NCBI GenBank assembly: GCA_001949185.1
Contig: BDGG01000011.1
Span: forward strand, 1,536,597 to 1,600,596
Direction of reading: 5' to 3'
From: Ramazzottius varieornatus
Lineage: Eukaryota; Animalia; Tardigrada
DNA length: 64,000 nt
The position numbers and the translations under genes were made by a program. The notes beneath the pieces were generated by a model. It ran no database searches. It saw only the letters and a list, made by a program, of their open reading frames with translations, and was not told where the DNA came from. Positions 11,201 through 24,318 of the stretch are shown in pieces. The stretch's first letter is position 1; every line of letters starts with the position of its first letter.

Positions 11201-14200
11201 TCCATGGCAATCTGCGCAGTTCGTCGGTGTATGTCGAGTCGGATTGGTCGGTGAAGATCAGCGACTGGTAAGGTGAGAATTTCATCTGTCTATCTTTCAT
11301 CAGCCATTTTTCGGCAAAGGTTGAAGTGAAGTGAGTGGGTGCTTGTAGGGAGTACGCGCATTTGTACAGTCTGCAAGGGACGTTTGTGGCCAAGGAGCAG
11401 ACCTTCAAGAAGGTGCATAGGATACCCAAAACGCAACAGATACCACTGACCGTGCCGCACTTGTGGACGGCGCCGGAACTGATCAAGGCGGCTGTCGATC
11501 AGACGGGACTACTTCCTCAACGAACAGCCGACATCTACAGGTCAGCTTTTTCTTCAATGCATTATCGCAGGAAAATAGCCTTAAACTTATTTAGTATGGG
11601 GAATTAATTTGTCAGTAAATTCCAAGCCCACAGCTTTCCTTACTTCCGTCTGATCCGTCGTGCAGTATATTCAGTTGCATCCTAATTTACAGTAATATGC
11701 ACTTTCAAAAATGTTGAAACGTTCAGATTTTTGGTTTCAACAAGTTGAAATATTGTGAAATCCCCTGAAATTTCGAAAGTGGGCCAGTGGAAAAGAATGA
11801 GCTCAGAAAATGTTCGACCAAGTGAGGGCTTGATTTGGCTAGGCAGAAGCGATTATACAGTACTTTTGAGTTGTGACTGCTGGGTAGACATTACTTATGC
11901 TACGGACTGTCAAGAGTGGATTTCCATGGGGCTTTTCTACGATTGCAGTTACGGTATTATCTTTTACGAAATCCTGACCAGCTTCTACCCGTACAAATGG
12001 AAGCCTTCCAGTGGTCCTCCTTTGCCCATCATCATGCGCATTCTCAACCCTAAAAAGCCTCTCCGACCTCTCGACCTGGAGACCGCGGAAACGCTAGCTG
12101 AGGTCCCCGACTCCATGTTACGCCTGATGAAGTCCTGTTGGCACGTCAAACCTGAACGTCGTGTGACGTCCTACGGCATCAGCGTCATCCTGGCCGAAGT
12201 CCAGGCCGAGACGAAGCGGATGGCTGACTTGACCATCATCAACACTGACGTCTTCATTGAGAAGCAGAAAGCCGAGATCAAGAACTACAACTCTGACTTG
12301 AGGCAGCGGGTGCTGGATTTGAAGAGGGCCGGCGAAGAGTTCCAGACGCCGTTAGTGTATGAGCGGACCAGGAGTAAACTGCCAACCGAACCACAACTCA
12401 TTGAGAAAGCCTATATCATGCATATCACCATGGTCGAATACTCGGATCTGCTTGGTAAGATATCAACCTTTGCGCAAGCTTGTAGCCAATATCACCGTCA
12501 ACTTGCGCCACTTGGAAGAAAACAAAGCCGACAATTTCGTTTGCCGATGTGGCGCACGCTTCCGGCCAATTATACCAGTCTCGTGCGCCACTTGGAAATA
12601 CGACTTGTCAAATATGTTCGCCGAGCTGTCAGTTCCCTGTCAAAAAAGAGACTACCGGCATGTTGATCGGTACAAGGGAAGAGGGTCAGTAACGTGGTGA
12701 TATCATCCCTCCATTTTCTTGCAGGTGGGACGCACGGTGAGTCGGCCATAGCCTTGATTGAGCGTTTCCAGACCATGATCAATCAACACTTGCTGACCAT
12801 TCCCGATCCGAACATCTTCCGTCTTCATGCATCCGGTGACGACTGTACCATCCTCTGTGGTATCCCTGAAGGAGGTCTGCAGTATACCGACACCATCGCT
12901 ACCATGGCCTTCGACATTCTGACCATCACATGGAAAGCCGTCATGCTGGACATCGACATTGACCACATCAAGATCCGCATTGGCATTCACTGCGGCCCAG
13001 TCTTAGCTGGACTGTATGGCGGTGAACACTCCGAGTATACCATCATCGGAGATAACCGTGACATCGCTGAAGACATGGAGGTAAGCGCACCGTAATCCCT
13101 TGTGCCAACGTCACCAGTAGTGAGGACCTAGGCAGGCAGACTCGACAGCATCAGTTTGTCCAAGTGGCGCACACTTGCGGTCAATGACAGTGAGAGCGTG
13201 CGCCGCTTGGGAAAACAGTCTGGCCCAATACTTTTGCAAGTTGGCAGTTTCTTTTTCTTTTGTAGCGCCTTTCAGCGACCTTCCGAATTCTGATCAGTGA
13301 GGACTTTTTGGAAGACCTGAAGCACTTTAACGGCTACAGTTACATCCGCAACACGGACCGTAGCCGCTTTCATGAGAAGAAGACAACCTACTGGTTGATC
13401 GGTCGAGAGAACTATCCGTTCCAAGAGTCCCTGGACGAAATTCACACGGAATTTGGACGCATAACGGACGGTCGAGTTCCATTACCGCCCAAGAAGAAGG
13501 CCAAGTCGGCCATGGCTGGTGCCGCACCTGCCCATCTGGAACGCGTTCAAGCAAGACGAACGTCCATCGCAGCTTATGACGCTCAGCAGACGACCGAGAA
13601 TCGCGCCAGTATCTTGGAAAGAAGAAAACCTCGAGACAAACGCATCTCAAAAGGGTCAGTTATTTTCACAAATCAGTAAAGTTTTATCTGAAACCTCGGC
13701 AAACAAACTTTCGCAAGTGGTGCATGCTGCCAGCTAGCAACACCGCCAGCGTGCGCTACTTAGAGAAATGGTCCTGTCGAGTCGGTCCAAGTGGCGCATG
13801 TTATCATTGTTCCTGGCTAAAAGTATGCGCCACTTGGCAGAAAGATCATAACGATTTCTTGGATTATCGGTTTTAGATTTTGAAATCTATTCGTCGTTCT
13901 TTTTCGGTGTTTTAGAATGGACTTTAAGAATTCATTTTGTGATATGACGAAAAGGCATGTCATTATTTTGCAGGTCGTTGGGTCCAGAGGCGGTGCGGAA
14001 GTCTTTGAAATCCCACTCGATCGTTGAGCCTGACGACGGTGAGAGGGCCAGGATCGACGTAGTCAAACTACGCAACACCGAGCTGATCGTTGTGGACTTT
14101 GAGGACGATGACGAACACGCCTTAGCCATGGCCGATGCCCAACGACGCTTCCTGTACCCCGGCCCACCTGGTAGCGGCCTCTCCGTCATCAAAGAAGCCT

Positions 14201-17200
14201 CCAGCATCGGCTTGCAGTCTTCACGAAACAAGTCAGAGAGCACTCAACTCCAAGACAGCGAATCCATCCAGCAATCCCTCACAGCAACAGATCAACCCTC
14301 CTACCAATCAAGCTCAGTTTCGGACGCCGAAGCCCTACTGCATTCTCATTCAAAAGACCATTCGGCTTCAGTCATCGTGCAGATCTCCAAGGATTTATCT
14401 GACGTGCAGTCTTTCGTCACGCAGAGTTCGATGCCCGTTCAACCAGCACCAACTGTACCTTCAGTACGGTCTGTCCAAAAGCTCAATGCACCTATGAGAA
14501 TGACGGTCAGTGAGACCATCCGAGCACAACCCACCATCGTGGCGCACCCTAACCCCTTCACCTTGGCTGTTCAAAGAGTCAAGTCAGACACGACCTCGCT
14601 ACCCTTCCAGATGACGGTTAGCGAGACGGTGACCACTCAACCGACGGTGGTGTCACACCCCAACCCCTTCATACTGGCGGGGCTGATCAGTGGCAAACGA
14701 AGCGCCAAAGTGGCACCAGCACCGCAAGAAGTGACGTTGGAAATGCAGGAAAGACTACCGAGTATCAAAAGTGTCCCGTCTGTCCAAGTGAAAAATACAC
14801 CCGTCAGTCAAACTGAAATGGCCGATAATCAACCAACTCAACCGGCCAGTTTCCCAGCAAGGCAAATTACGGTGCAAGTGGAGCCTACCAATTGGCTGCA
14901 GCCAACTGGAAGCGTGGCTACGAATGAGAAAAGGCCGACGGTAAAGGATCGACTGTCGGTGCTTGAGAAACACAGTGCGCAAAGTCAGCAAAGTGATGGA
15001 AGTGCAGGTGCCTCGGTAGTAGCCAGTTGGTCAATACGCAGTCAAGCGGGTTCGACCAGGGCACTCGGAGGTGCCATCTCCGGAGTCTCCTCCATCAAAA
15101 GCTGGTCGACCATGCCTCGAGATGTTCAGTCGCAGTACAGCAACGACTTGGAAGCACCTTCTACCACTACGTTGACACATCCAACCAAGCACTCTCCCTC
15201 GTTTGACGCAAGCTCGCTGACGATGGCTGGCAACCAGCCGCGACTGCCTCAAGTCCATTCCCCAGGTCCATTCCCTGACGAGGCAGTCATCGGAGTAAAC
15301 TCGCTCAATACATATTCGACGTTACCCCAAATGCCTTCATCGAATGCAGCGACGGTTGGGACCTACACAGGTCGCAATAACATCGACGCACTTATGAACG
15401 CCTCCCCTCCAAGCGGCCCACAGCTTTATCCCAGTGTGGCTACTGTTGACTCGTCCGATGGCAGTATCAAAGGTGTGACGTCGGTCAAGACTTGGGCAAC
15501 GCTACCCGCAGCGCCTTCGACCAACCCAGGGACCGTCGGCTCGCTCTCTAATCAAACTGTCCTTAGCACCATCCCAACGGCCAACCAGCAAGCTTCATCA
15601 GACGTCGTCTCAAACTTTTTCGAAAACAGCAGAACGTTTTCCCAGCTGCATATGCCGGCAGTAACATCGGCCAGCTTACCCCAAATACCACCTGCCAACT
15701 TTGAAGCGATGAGCGACCTGAGGAGCCTCCAGCCAATATCCCGGGTCAGTGCCACTCAGTTGACTGAAAATAACCGTACGTTGTCAGAGATGGGCATATC
15801 TGCGGCCAGTCTACCTGGCTTGCCTTCGGTCAAGACAGAGATGGCTGAATGGCCAGCGAGTTACATGACTTCAAGTACTACATCAAGCAACGCCCTTCCT
15901 GCTGTGGCTTCTGTCAAGACATGGTCAACTTTGCCCTCAGCCTCTTCCGCAAACAAGCAGCCTTTGGGGGATATGGCCTTGTCGAATGCCATGATGAGAT
16001 CGAATGTGGGTATGTTGGGACCTCTAACGGATAGCAAGACGGACAGCCAGAGCATGTCATTGCAGAAGCAGCCGACCATCTTTGACGTGTCGAAACCCAT
16101 GCAGACACTGGGTGCCCCAATGACCGTTGCCGACATGGTGCCTTCGCAAGCTACGTTAGAGCACATCGTCCGAGTTCTCTCCACAAACGTACCTTCCGTC
16201 ACGGGTACAAGCGCGGACTCAAGAGAAGACACGAAGGCTAACCCTGCGCCAAGTGGAGAGACCGAAGGACCGGAGGAAGATAGTCCAGCGATAAATCTCC
16301 AAGTAATAAACCGACCGGAGGAAACAGCCGAGCCAGTGGATGACAGCAAAGAACGGGTGAAGAGCCAGTGGAGGTCTCTTTTGGACAAACAAGTCACTCG
16401 ACGTCGATCGTCCCTCCCCGCAGCCATCCCTCTTATCCTCCAACCCACGCAAGACAATAAGGTAGGTTTTCTCCTTTCTGATCGTCTTTAGAAGGCCGTC
16501 CACAGTTCAACATGGATATTGTTGTCTATGTTTTATAGACTGAGAGGGTATTGAGCACCTGGCGGGCTTTAGTCGACAAAGTACAGCAGCAACGTCGCCA
16601 GTCGCTGACTGGTACCTTACCTACTTTCACCGCAGACACACCGCTTGATCATGGAAACGAAGCTGCTGCGGTATCTGAAGGACCAGAAAGGCGACGGTAC
16701 TCTGCACCGGCCACTGTAATCATGCCGGCTGAAGCTTCCGATGTTGTGTCGTTAACACCAGCCAGGCCAGCAAGACAGTCTGAGGAAGATGGACTTTTGC
16801 CGTCCAGTACAGCCGATAGGCAATTTGTGGCTGGCAGGAAAGCTTCAATGGCAACTGAGGCGAACGGAAACGACGCTGGACCTTCATTGTCTGCAACCTC
16901 GCAAACGACGGTGGTGATCTTTCCCCAAGTCCAAGCTTTACCGACAATCCAACCAAGAAAAATTGAAGGCATGTTGCAGCCTGAAGCCACCGTGGTACTG
17001 GCAGCCCGAGGTGAGGCTGTAATGTTACCGTTCGTTACTGCGGAAGCAGCCGATGATGGACAATCAAGTACGGCCACACCCATGCCCATTGCTGGTCGGA
17101 GGGAATCTACGGATGGAAATGGCAGTATCAGTACCGCTGCTCGACCGTCTCTGGTTGGTCGAAAAGCCTCCGTGGCTCCGTCTGTTACCTTACCTGGAGC

Positions 17201-18662
17201 ACCTCGGAGGGAAATTTATGTCGAGGTCGATCCAGTCGCAAGAACATCACGACAGGAATGGCCCGAAGACGTTACCGGTGGTACCTTCCAATCAAGTGAG
17301 GCAGCGCGACTTTCGCTGACAGGTAGAAGACTGTCCGATGCGCCAACGGCCAATCGCGTGCTGACTGCTCGACCAGCAGTCATTTTAGTGCCTGAAAATG
17401 ACGTAGAGGCATCTGGTGAGGATACCGCTCCCCTTTCTGGAACAGCCAATCGACTATCGTTGTCAAGCCGAAGGGAATCCAGCGTGACGGATGACGAGGT
17501 CAGACGACAAGGTGCGCAGCTTTCGGCTGTGACTGAGACTTTTCCAAATGAAGTCGCCGATGAGGGGGTGCTACCGTCGAACGCAGTCAGATTTTCAGCC
17601 ACTGGCCGGAGTGCTTGGGATTACACAGCAGAGGACAATGCCCGTCTGGCTCGAGAAGAAAGAATGGTTAGAGCTCAGCGGAAAAGAATGCCGACAAGTC
17701 AGCCGGAAGAAACCTTACTGACCACAGCTGATCAACTATCGTCAAGTCCGAGAAATCAATCAACCAAGCCGGTCCATGACATTCCGACGTCTCTCTCACC
17801 ATCGACGCCTGTCCGAAGTTCTGTTGTGAGGGAAACGGATGAAGAAACTGAAGCAGCCAGACGACGTAAAGAGAGTAGAAGTGCGACGGGTGAACGAAGG
17901 ATGATCGAGGTGATCCAAGCTCCCATTGTCATGAGTCCGTCCGAGGTGGAACAAGTCATGAAGAGACGAAGACGAAGTATCAAAAGTAATAACCGAAGGA
18001 GAAGCTCTGCACGAACGTCGACTGTCGCAGCGGATGAATTTCCTACAACTCTTCAGGCGATCAATCAAGCGGAAGAGGCAACTGACGATGTTGGACTTTC
18101 CACAACCACGAACAGGCTTTCGTTGTCGACTCGGCAGCCTTCGAACGAATTGATACCAAGTCGGAAAAAGTCATCCAAACCTCGAACAGAAACGTCACTT
18201 GCGAAGGAAAGTCCGGTGATGATTGTATACCCTTCTCCGACAGAGGAAGAGGCGCCTCACGCACAAAAAGAGCGCAAACGAAAGAAGAAGCTCCAAGCCC
18301 ATCATTCGATCCACTCGCACCGTAGCATTGACAACCCTTTAGAGCATCTTCCACCGGGACGGTTGAGTCCGCTGGAGCGACCTGAGAAGAGTGCGCGGGA
18401 ATCGAGAGACGAGGAGAGGATGAGGAGGGAGTCGGCTAGCCGTGTCGTGCCTTGGTTGGCCGAAGTAGAGATAACGGAGATTGCCGTGGGAGAAGGACCG
18501 ATGGTTGTTGAAGAAGTGCCATCGGCACCCAGAAGCTCACCGCGAGAATCTGAAAACATGGTCGGTCTAACGGCATCTCCATCAGAGTCCTTATCGTGGT
18601 TGACTGATGCGGATAATATCACTCAAACTGGCTCACCGCGGAAACCTCGTGACTCTCGCTAG
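8290..18662 (+). CDS. Receptor guanylyl-cyclase-like protein with PstS-like (type 2 periplasmic binding) ectodomain, TM, kinase-homology domain, degenerate cyclase and long disordered tail (exons 8290-8467, 8803-9205, 9429-9849, 10036-10331, 10427-10758, 10895-11267, 11349-11540, 11949-12454, 12725-13080, 13266-13654, 13974-16461, 16539-18662; 2685 aa)
   Basis: Signal peptide. PstS-like motifs LQLSRDTMLKIFTGVYTKW, LTNTPYSITY, LQNAAGNYV and AYPLIGMSF. TM IFVIYVLPPLIAFIFVAYLTW. KHD motifs HGNLRSS, KISDWEY, LWTAPE and DIYSYGII. Cyclase motifs IRIGIHCGPVLAG and TYWLIG. All 11 introns are GT-AG with matching phases; exon sum 8058 nt is divisible by 3. Confidence 0.85.
8568..8772. repeat. Palindromic element, two units (receptor intron 1)
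   Basis: Units at 8605 (28-nt spacer) and 8690 (27 nt). Outer arms aagctcggcaagcaaa...tttgctcgcccagctc. Confidence 0.9.
9255..9345. repeat. Palindromic element, one unit (receptor intron 2)
   Basis: aagtggcgca-N27-tgcgccactt at 9284-9330. Confidence 0.9.
12460..12630. repeat. Palindromic element, two units (receptor intron 8)
   Basis: Units at 12469 (degenerate left arm) and 12549, both with 27-nt spacers. Ends in gccgagct. Confidence 0.88.
13130..13250. repeat. Palindromic element, one unit (receptor intron 9)
   Basis: caagtggcgca-N27-tgcgccgcttg at 13161-13209. Confidence 0.9.
13692..13850. repeat. Palindromic element, two units (receptor intron 10)
   Basis: Units at 13717 and 13791, both with 27-nt spacers. 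Confidence 0.9.
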
Positions 18663-18879
18663 TTGGTTTTCTTGACATTCTGTGCCGCAACTTATCGTTT
18701 CTTCTTGTGTTTTATGGTCCCAGTTGCATTTAGATTTGGCTCTGCTCTTTCGTTCTTTCTTTGAATATTCAATTTATCGGCAGCGACATCTCTCTCACTT
18801 ACATTTATCCACATTCGATTGAAGAAGCCCCAAACTCCATCATCAAATGAATGTCAGCTGCGCAGGGATGGGCTAAGGG

Positions 18880-20583
18880 CCTGACTTGGCCTGGGAATGT
18901 AATTCTGTAGTCCCAAAATCTATTAATTATTTAAATTATTTTTTTGAATCAGTCTTTTCAGACTGCCGTACACGAGGCCCACTCGACAACCTTTCCCTCG
19001 TACATTAAAATACAGGCTGAAAATCCCACAGGATCATTCGATAGCTACATTCAGTCTGAACAAGATTTCATAAGAGGATAATATGAATTATTTCCGAATC
19101 TGGCGACTTCTGAAACAAAAGAAGAAGCACTTCTAGCATCGAAACTCAAATTGCAAATAGAGAAAGGATACCGTCCGGAGGCCAGCGACATTTTCCAAAT
19201 TTTGCTTCAAAAGACATTCACGACTTACTGTCAGGAACACGGAGAAATCACGACGAAATGAAGCGAATCACTTGACTGATCACACACGATCCGAACGACA
19301 AATGATGCGTGCCGCAAGTTACGCATCTGGTTTTAATGAGAACTGGAACATGCAAGGATGGCAACTATTCAACCGCTTTGGCTGTTGCTCCGAACATTGA
19401 CCGTCTGATTGAGCAGCATTTCCCGTTTTGATTCCAAATACACCTTGACTGAATAGAACAGCTGCACTCCCGTATTTGGACCTGATTCATGCGTACGATT
19501 CCGTCCAGAAACATACATTACGAGGATCAGTCGATCTTCCCCGGTGGCGGAATGATCGAGAGGTAAGCTCAGCTTTGTGGGATGGCCATTCGATAGCCCT
19601 TCCAGCTGTTTGAACATTCAAAGCCAATGTGGGCTTAAGTGGTTCTGCAGGAGGTTGACCATTTGGTAAATCTCTGGGTCTATCGTTGGTGAAACAGAGC
19701 TTAGACTACGTTCAGCAAATAGTGAAACTCTGGAATAACCCTGTTTTTGCAATCCCTTCCAACTTTCCATTTCTAGCACTCCCGTTCGGATCCTCCTGGT
19801 CAATTGTTTTGCCTTCGAAGTTGTACGGTGTTCCCGGTGCTAGCTAACTCTTGCGTAATGAATAATACACGCGCAATGGTTAATTGAGGGACAGCAAAAA
19901 ATTTGGGACAGGCCTTTTCGCTACGGTAGCGGTGGTACGGAAGCACGTACGTATACGACCGATTCACACTGTTGTACTTTTCAACAATTTGCCACGGTTG
20001 AAGTTCCATTTTACCGTCCTTTCCGCATGTCCCACAACTTTACTGTCCTTTAATTTCCCATCGAGCGTGTACAGGACAATGAAATCATTAGAGGAAGCGT
20101 ATTAACGTATATACAACCTGAAGGGTAAAACGTGATGAGAGCGTGGTAACTAACGTAAGGTATTTGCGGAAAAACTGAGCCGTGGTATCTGTGGTATCGT
20201 ACGGTGTCTCGAGCACGCTCGGACTGTGTAGTTAGAATCAACAATCAAGGTAGATGTACGCCCTTATGGACCGAGGTAGCAGAGTGCCACGCGGCCCAAC
20301 ATGAATCAGTACGAAAACGGAAAAATGTTAATCACGCCAGCAAACGCTACCGCTGCACCAGAAAGACATTCTCGAGACCTGGAAGTCGGTGGATCGACTC
20401 ACGTTCCGCCTTATATTTTTATATTTATTACTAGTATTAATTGCAATTCCCACCCCAATTAGCGTTCCCGGTCTTCCCAGACAGACGCTCCCGGTCCTCA
20501 TCTTTGAACGGGATTTTCCCGGTACTGTAATTCTGGACTCGTTTGGGTGGGAATATTCCCGCCATTCCCGGCCTTAGTCAGGC
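18880..20583. mobile_element. Possible decayed TIR element
   Basis: Imperfect inverted ends gcctgacttggcctgggaatg / cattcccggccttagtcaggc. The interior has stop-riddled coding-like sequence. No TSD found. Confidence 0.3.
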
Positions 20584-21698
20584 GTGCAGCTGCGCTCATG
20601 TGCATTACGTTTTAGCGCGATCAGCGTTTCATTTTATGCTCGTAATACTACAAGATGTTCCCTTCGCCTTCGCCTCGCTCGCAGCTTGTCGATGAAGTAG
20701 AAAATGAAAATGTGTAGTTTCGAAAGTTCTTTATTGGTTATGGGGAAAGGATAGGTTCATCACTTCCGAGATGTGTTAGTTCATGGGTATATGGGTATCG
20801 AAATCCCAGCTTCCAGAACATTTATTTATGTGCCGAAAGGTCCCCTTTTTGGGATGAAGTCCGAGAGAACATCAAATGGGAGGGAATGGTAAGTTTGCCG
20901 CAACTCGCCGTGGTTCGAAGTCTCGACAAACTGAAAGCCGTTGCGGGAAGAGTTTTGGGGATTCTTGAGGGTGATTCTGCTCATATTGACCCCTATCAGT
21001 CCATAGCTTGATTTCTGCGTCCCTTCATGTCATTCTACTTCCACCCTGAGGGAAGATTATTCATTCTGAAGACTCAACAGAAGATGGCACGAAAATATCG
21101 CTAAATCCTCGTTAATCGCCCTTATGTTTCATAATGCGATACCGTAAAGAAGCTCCTCACAAAAGCGGACTGGTCAGAAATCATATTTGACTTCAGGTAC
21201 GTGTTCCCCAATGTCAGGTCCATGTTACCTCACCAGCAGTTAAAAAAAGCCTCACGGGTGCCAAAACTGTTTCCTGATAAATAGTTTTATTAGTGAATGT
21301 TCCGGAAATTTGGCTGCCGAAACCCGTATGTCGTAAATGCCGTGTTAGGGAAGCCTAAGGTTGTGTATTCCTAGCTGGGAGCTCTTGGAATGGGAAGTAG
21401 GAAAGGAATTCCTAATATTCCTATATTCCTATATTCCTACATTCCTTTCTCAAATTGAGTCAACACAAATTGGGAATTCCATCCGCGGTTCCGGAAACCG
21501 GTTTTCTGCAGTAATCATTAATCTTTTACGAAGAACAAATACCTTCTCGAGATTCCAACGGAAAGATCTAGCTTGAAGCTACACCAAAACAACACGACCG
21601 TTCAAACCTCCAAGGAACCAGGAAAGACAACTGACCACCTCGGTTAAGCAATACGAAGGGCAAGTACAGCAGAACAAATTTCCACTTTGAAGAGCCTT

Positions 21699-23950
21699 TT
21701 ACATGGTAGCAGGCGAATCATACCCAAACAAATACTTGAGAGTTCGGAAGCCAGTAGAAACCGGCACGACCATTTCATCATCATCGTCTGTCAGTTCATC
21801 TTTCATCACGTCAGTCAGGAACTCGTCGAACTGGGTGCTAATGGCGGAGATTTCTGCGTCAACTTGGCTCTCACCTTCGACTTCTTGGTTAGTAGCAAGG
21901 CCTGCAGTCTGGATAACTCCTAGCACTCCATCCTCCGTTTTGCTCAGAGCACTCTTTCCATGCTTGGTCGTGTCTTTCGCTTTAAAGGTAAAGGCAATTA
22001 ATATTCGATGGACTGGTACAAGACCTGGTATTAAAGCTACTGTCTTCGGTTGGACGTCAATCGCGGACACCTTGCCTGTGCATCCAGATTAGATTCTTCA
22101 TGCCAAGTACTTTTAGAAATGAAAACCGCGCTATGATATCGAGCAATCATAACTAAATTTTGAAATCACTGTATCAGTCCATATCAACTAATTGCCTTTA
22201 CCGGTCTTGGCTCTCTCCTTCCGCTCTTCGTGCAGCTGCATCTTTACCGCGCAGACTCCAGTGACAAGATCCACCTTCATCAGGTTTCGGGCTTGATACT
22301 GGGGTTGAAAAACATCGAGACAAACCATTAGTTCCGGCTGGTAGAACCACTTCCCTCGCCTTTCTAATTTCTCCAGAAGAATAGGGCGTTCCTCCGGAAC
22401 AGGATGGTTACTGAAAGCGGCGTAGATATCCCCGAAACACACTCCGATATCGCCGAGGGTGCATTCATCATATTCTGCTTCGGACTGAGCGGGGACTAGC
22501 GGACGTAACAAAATCACCACGTCTTTGAGTCCATCCCAAAACGTGTGCTGCTCGATTACAACTTTCGCGTCGGAAGGAAGATCGTCAGTAGTTTTTCCGT
22601 ACTTCAGCGCGTAGTCCTAAAGTAAAAAAGGCCTAGTAAATGCACAATTGGACCCTCTGTTCAAAAACTACATCGAAGAGCACGCTGCATTTTTGATATT
22701 ACCTGAATAGCCATAGACGAGCTTTGCAACTGGAGAAAGCTGAAGTAATAAGAGTACCATCGAGTATCAGTGGGTCGCGGTAGCGGGATGGTCTTACTGT
22801 AAAGACCTCTCTGCAGCTTCTAGTTTTCCCATCGATAACCCACTAACACTGAACCAGCTGATTATGGACAGCGCGCACGTCAGGACGGACTTGTACTTCG
22901 GCAGGACCTTCAGCACGTATTTAGAGATCAGATTCATCTGATGAGCGCTGTACGGAAGTATGATGATTTCAGGATGAAGCTTCATCAGATCGGAGCGAGA
23001 TTTACAATGAGCGCCATTGGAGTCGCACGTTACTGCGCGAATATGACCACCCTACTTGACTTTCATATCCGTTATGGCTTCTTCGACTTTCGTCACGACA
23101 TAGTCACCAGTGTGCTTGCAGCGCATACGAATATCATCCTCATACATCATACGAAAAATTCAAAAATAAAATTGAAAAAAATGCGGAGCAAGCAGTGAAT
23201 TCGCTTTTTGAGTTCAGAAAAGTATTCGGAAGGATACTTGTTAACATTCAGATTGCCTTAAAGCATGCGCTTTTTTTGCATGGGAAGTAAATTTCAAGCC
23301 AAAAAATTATAATAAGCACGAAAACACTGCTGCAACAAGTAACGGCCGAAGGCCGGAAGATTTTTTGTGTTCTCACCAGAAATCAGCGGCAAAGTAGGTG
23401 AAATATATTCCATTCAGAATTCCTCACAAGTATGTTATGTTCATACCATCCGAACAACAGCTATAACGTAATCCGCTGTCTCGAATAGTTTTTTGTACTA
23501 TCGCCAGACTACCGATTACGGTTCGGGTATTGCCAGTTCGACAGGAATTTTAAACCGACTTTCTCTAAGTTCTAGCCTGTTGACCACATAAGAGGATTCC
23601 GCCAACTGCAAAGTCCCAATACTCAAACCAGCATCGCAGGAAGGTAGTGGAGGGTATTTTCGACAGCGAAAGTTACAGATCAGCCGAAAAGAGAAATACT
23701 AAAAGACACCGTGGGACTTGGAAGTAACGGGTTCAATTCGGCACGGTGAAATATTACATTTTGGTTGAAAGGTTTCAATGATCCGGAAATTCCGAGCCGA
23801 ACGTTTCAGCTCTCTCATCAAGTTGCGCACCATCATGCCCTTACGATGCATTTTGGTGCACCGTTCTGTTCTACAGTCTCGAAACAGCTGGTCTACTGAA
23901 AAGTCGGCAATCAGTGTTAGCATTCAGTTTACGTGCTCTACTGCAGCGAA
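21699..23950 (-). pseudogene. hAT transposase remnant (stops, frameshifts, internal deletion)
   Basis: Minus-strand peptides in canonical hAT order: IRAVTCDSNG (catalytic D region), ILPYSAHQMNLI (CxxH-like), PTDTRWYSYY (TRW), FWDGLKDVVILLRPL...TLGDI...LERR. Confidence 0.8.
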
Positions 23951-24318
23951 ACGGTTTGAGGTATCGGTTCGTGGTATCGTTTTGAGCATTGAGATTCAAC
24001 CATTGGCGAGACCACGTTGTAAGTGCTGAAGTCAAATCATCTGGTGGAGACGACACCATAAGTTTAGTTGCTTGGCGAGATTTCCCTTGTTTTCACTAGG
24101 ACTATTCATACAACACCTCTCAAAAATCAGAAAATCGGAACGTTTAGGACGAGGGGCCACTAGATTTTTGTATGTCTACTGGACTCCGAATACTGGGAAT
24201 ATGGAGCTGCCAGCACAGAACCAGCTTAATTGGACACGCAAACAGTCAGGTTCTTCTCCAGAACTATGGCTACGGTAAGCGACCATCTCTTTAGGAGGAA
24301 ATCGAGAAGCCTATCGAC

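Noticed and set aside
13957-18662. The 844-aa and 703-aa ORFs as independent genes
   Set aside because: Both begin at strong acceptors in phase with upstream donors of the cyclase gene, and the second starts at TTG in the ORF track. They are best modelled as terminal exons.
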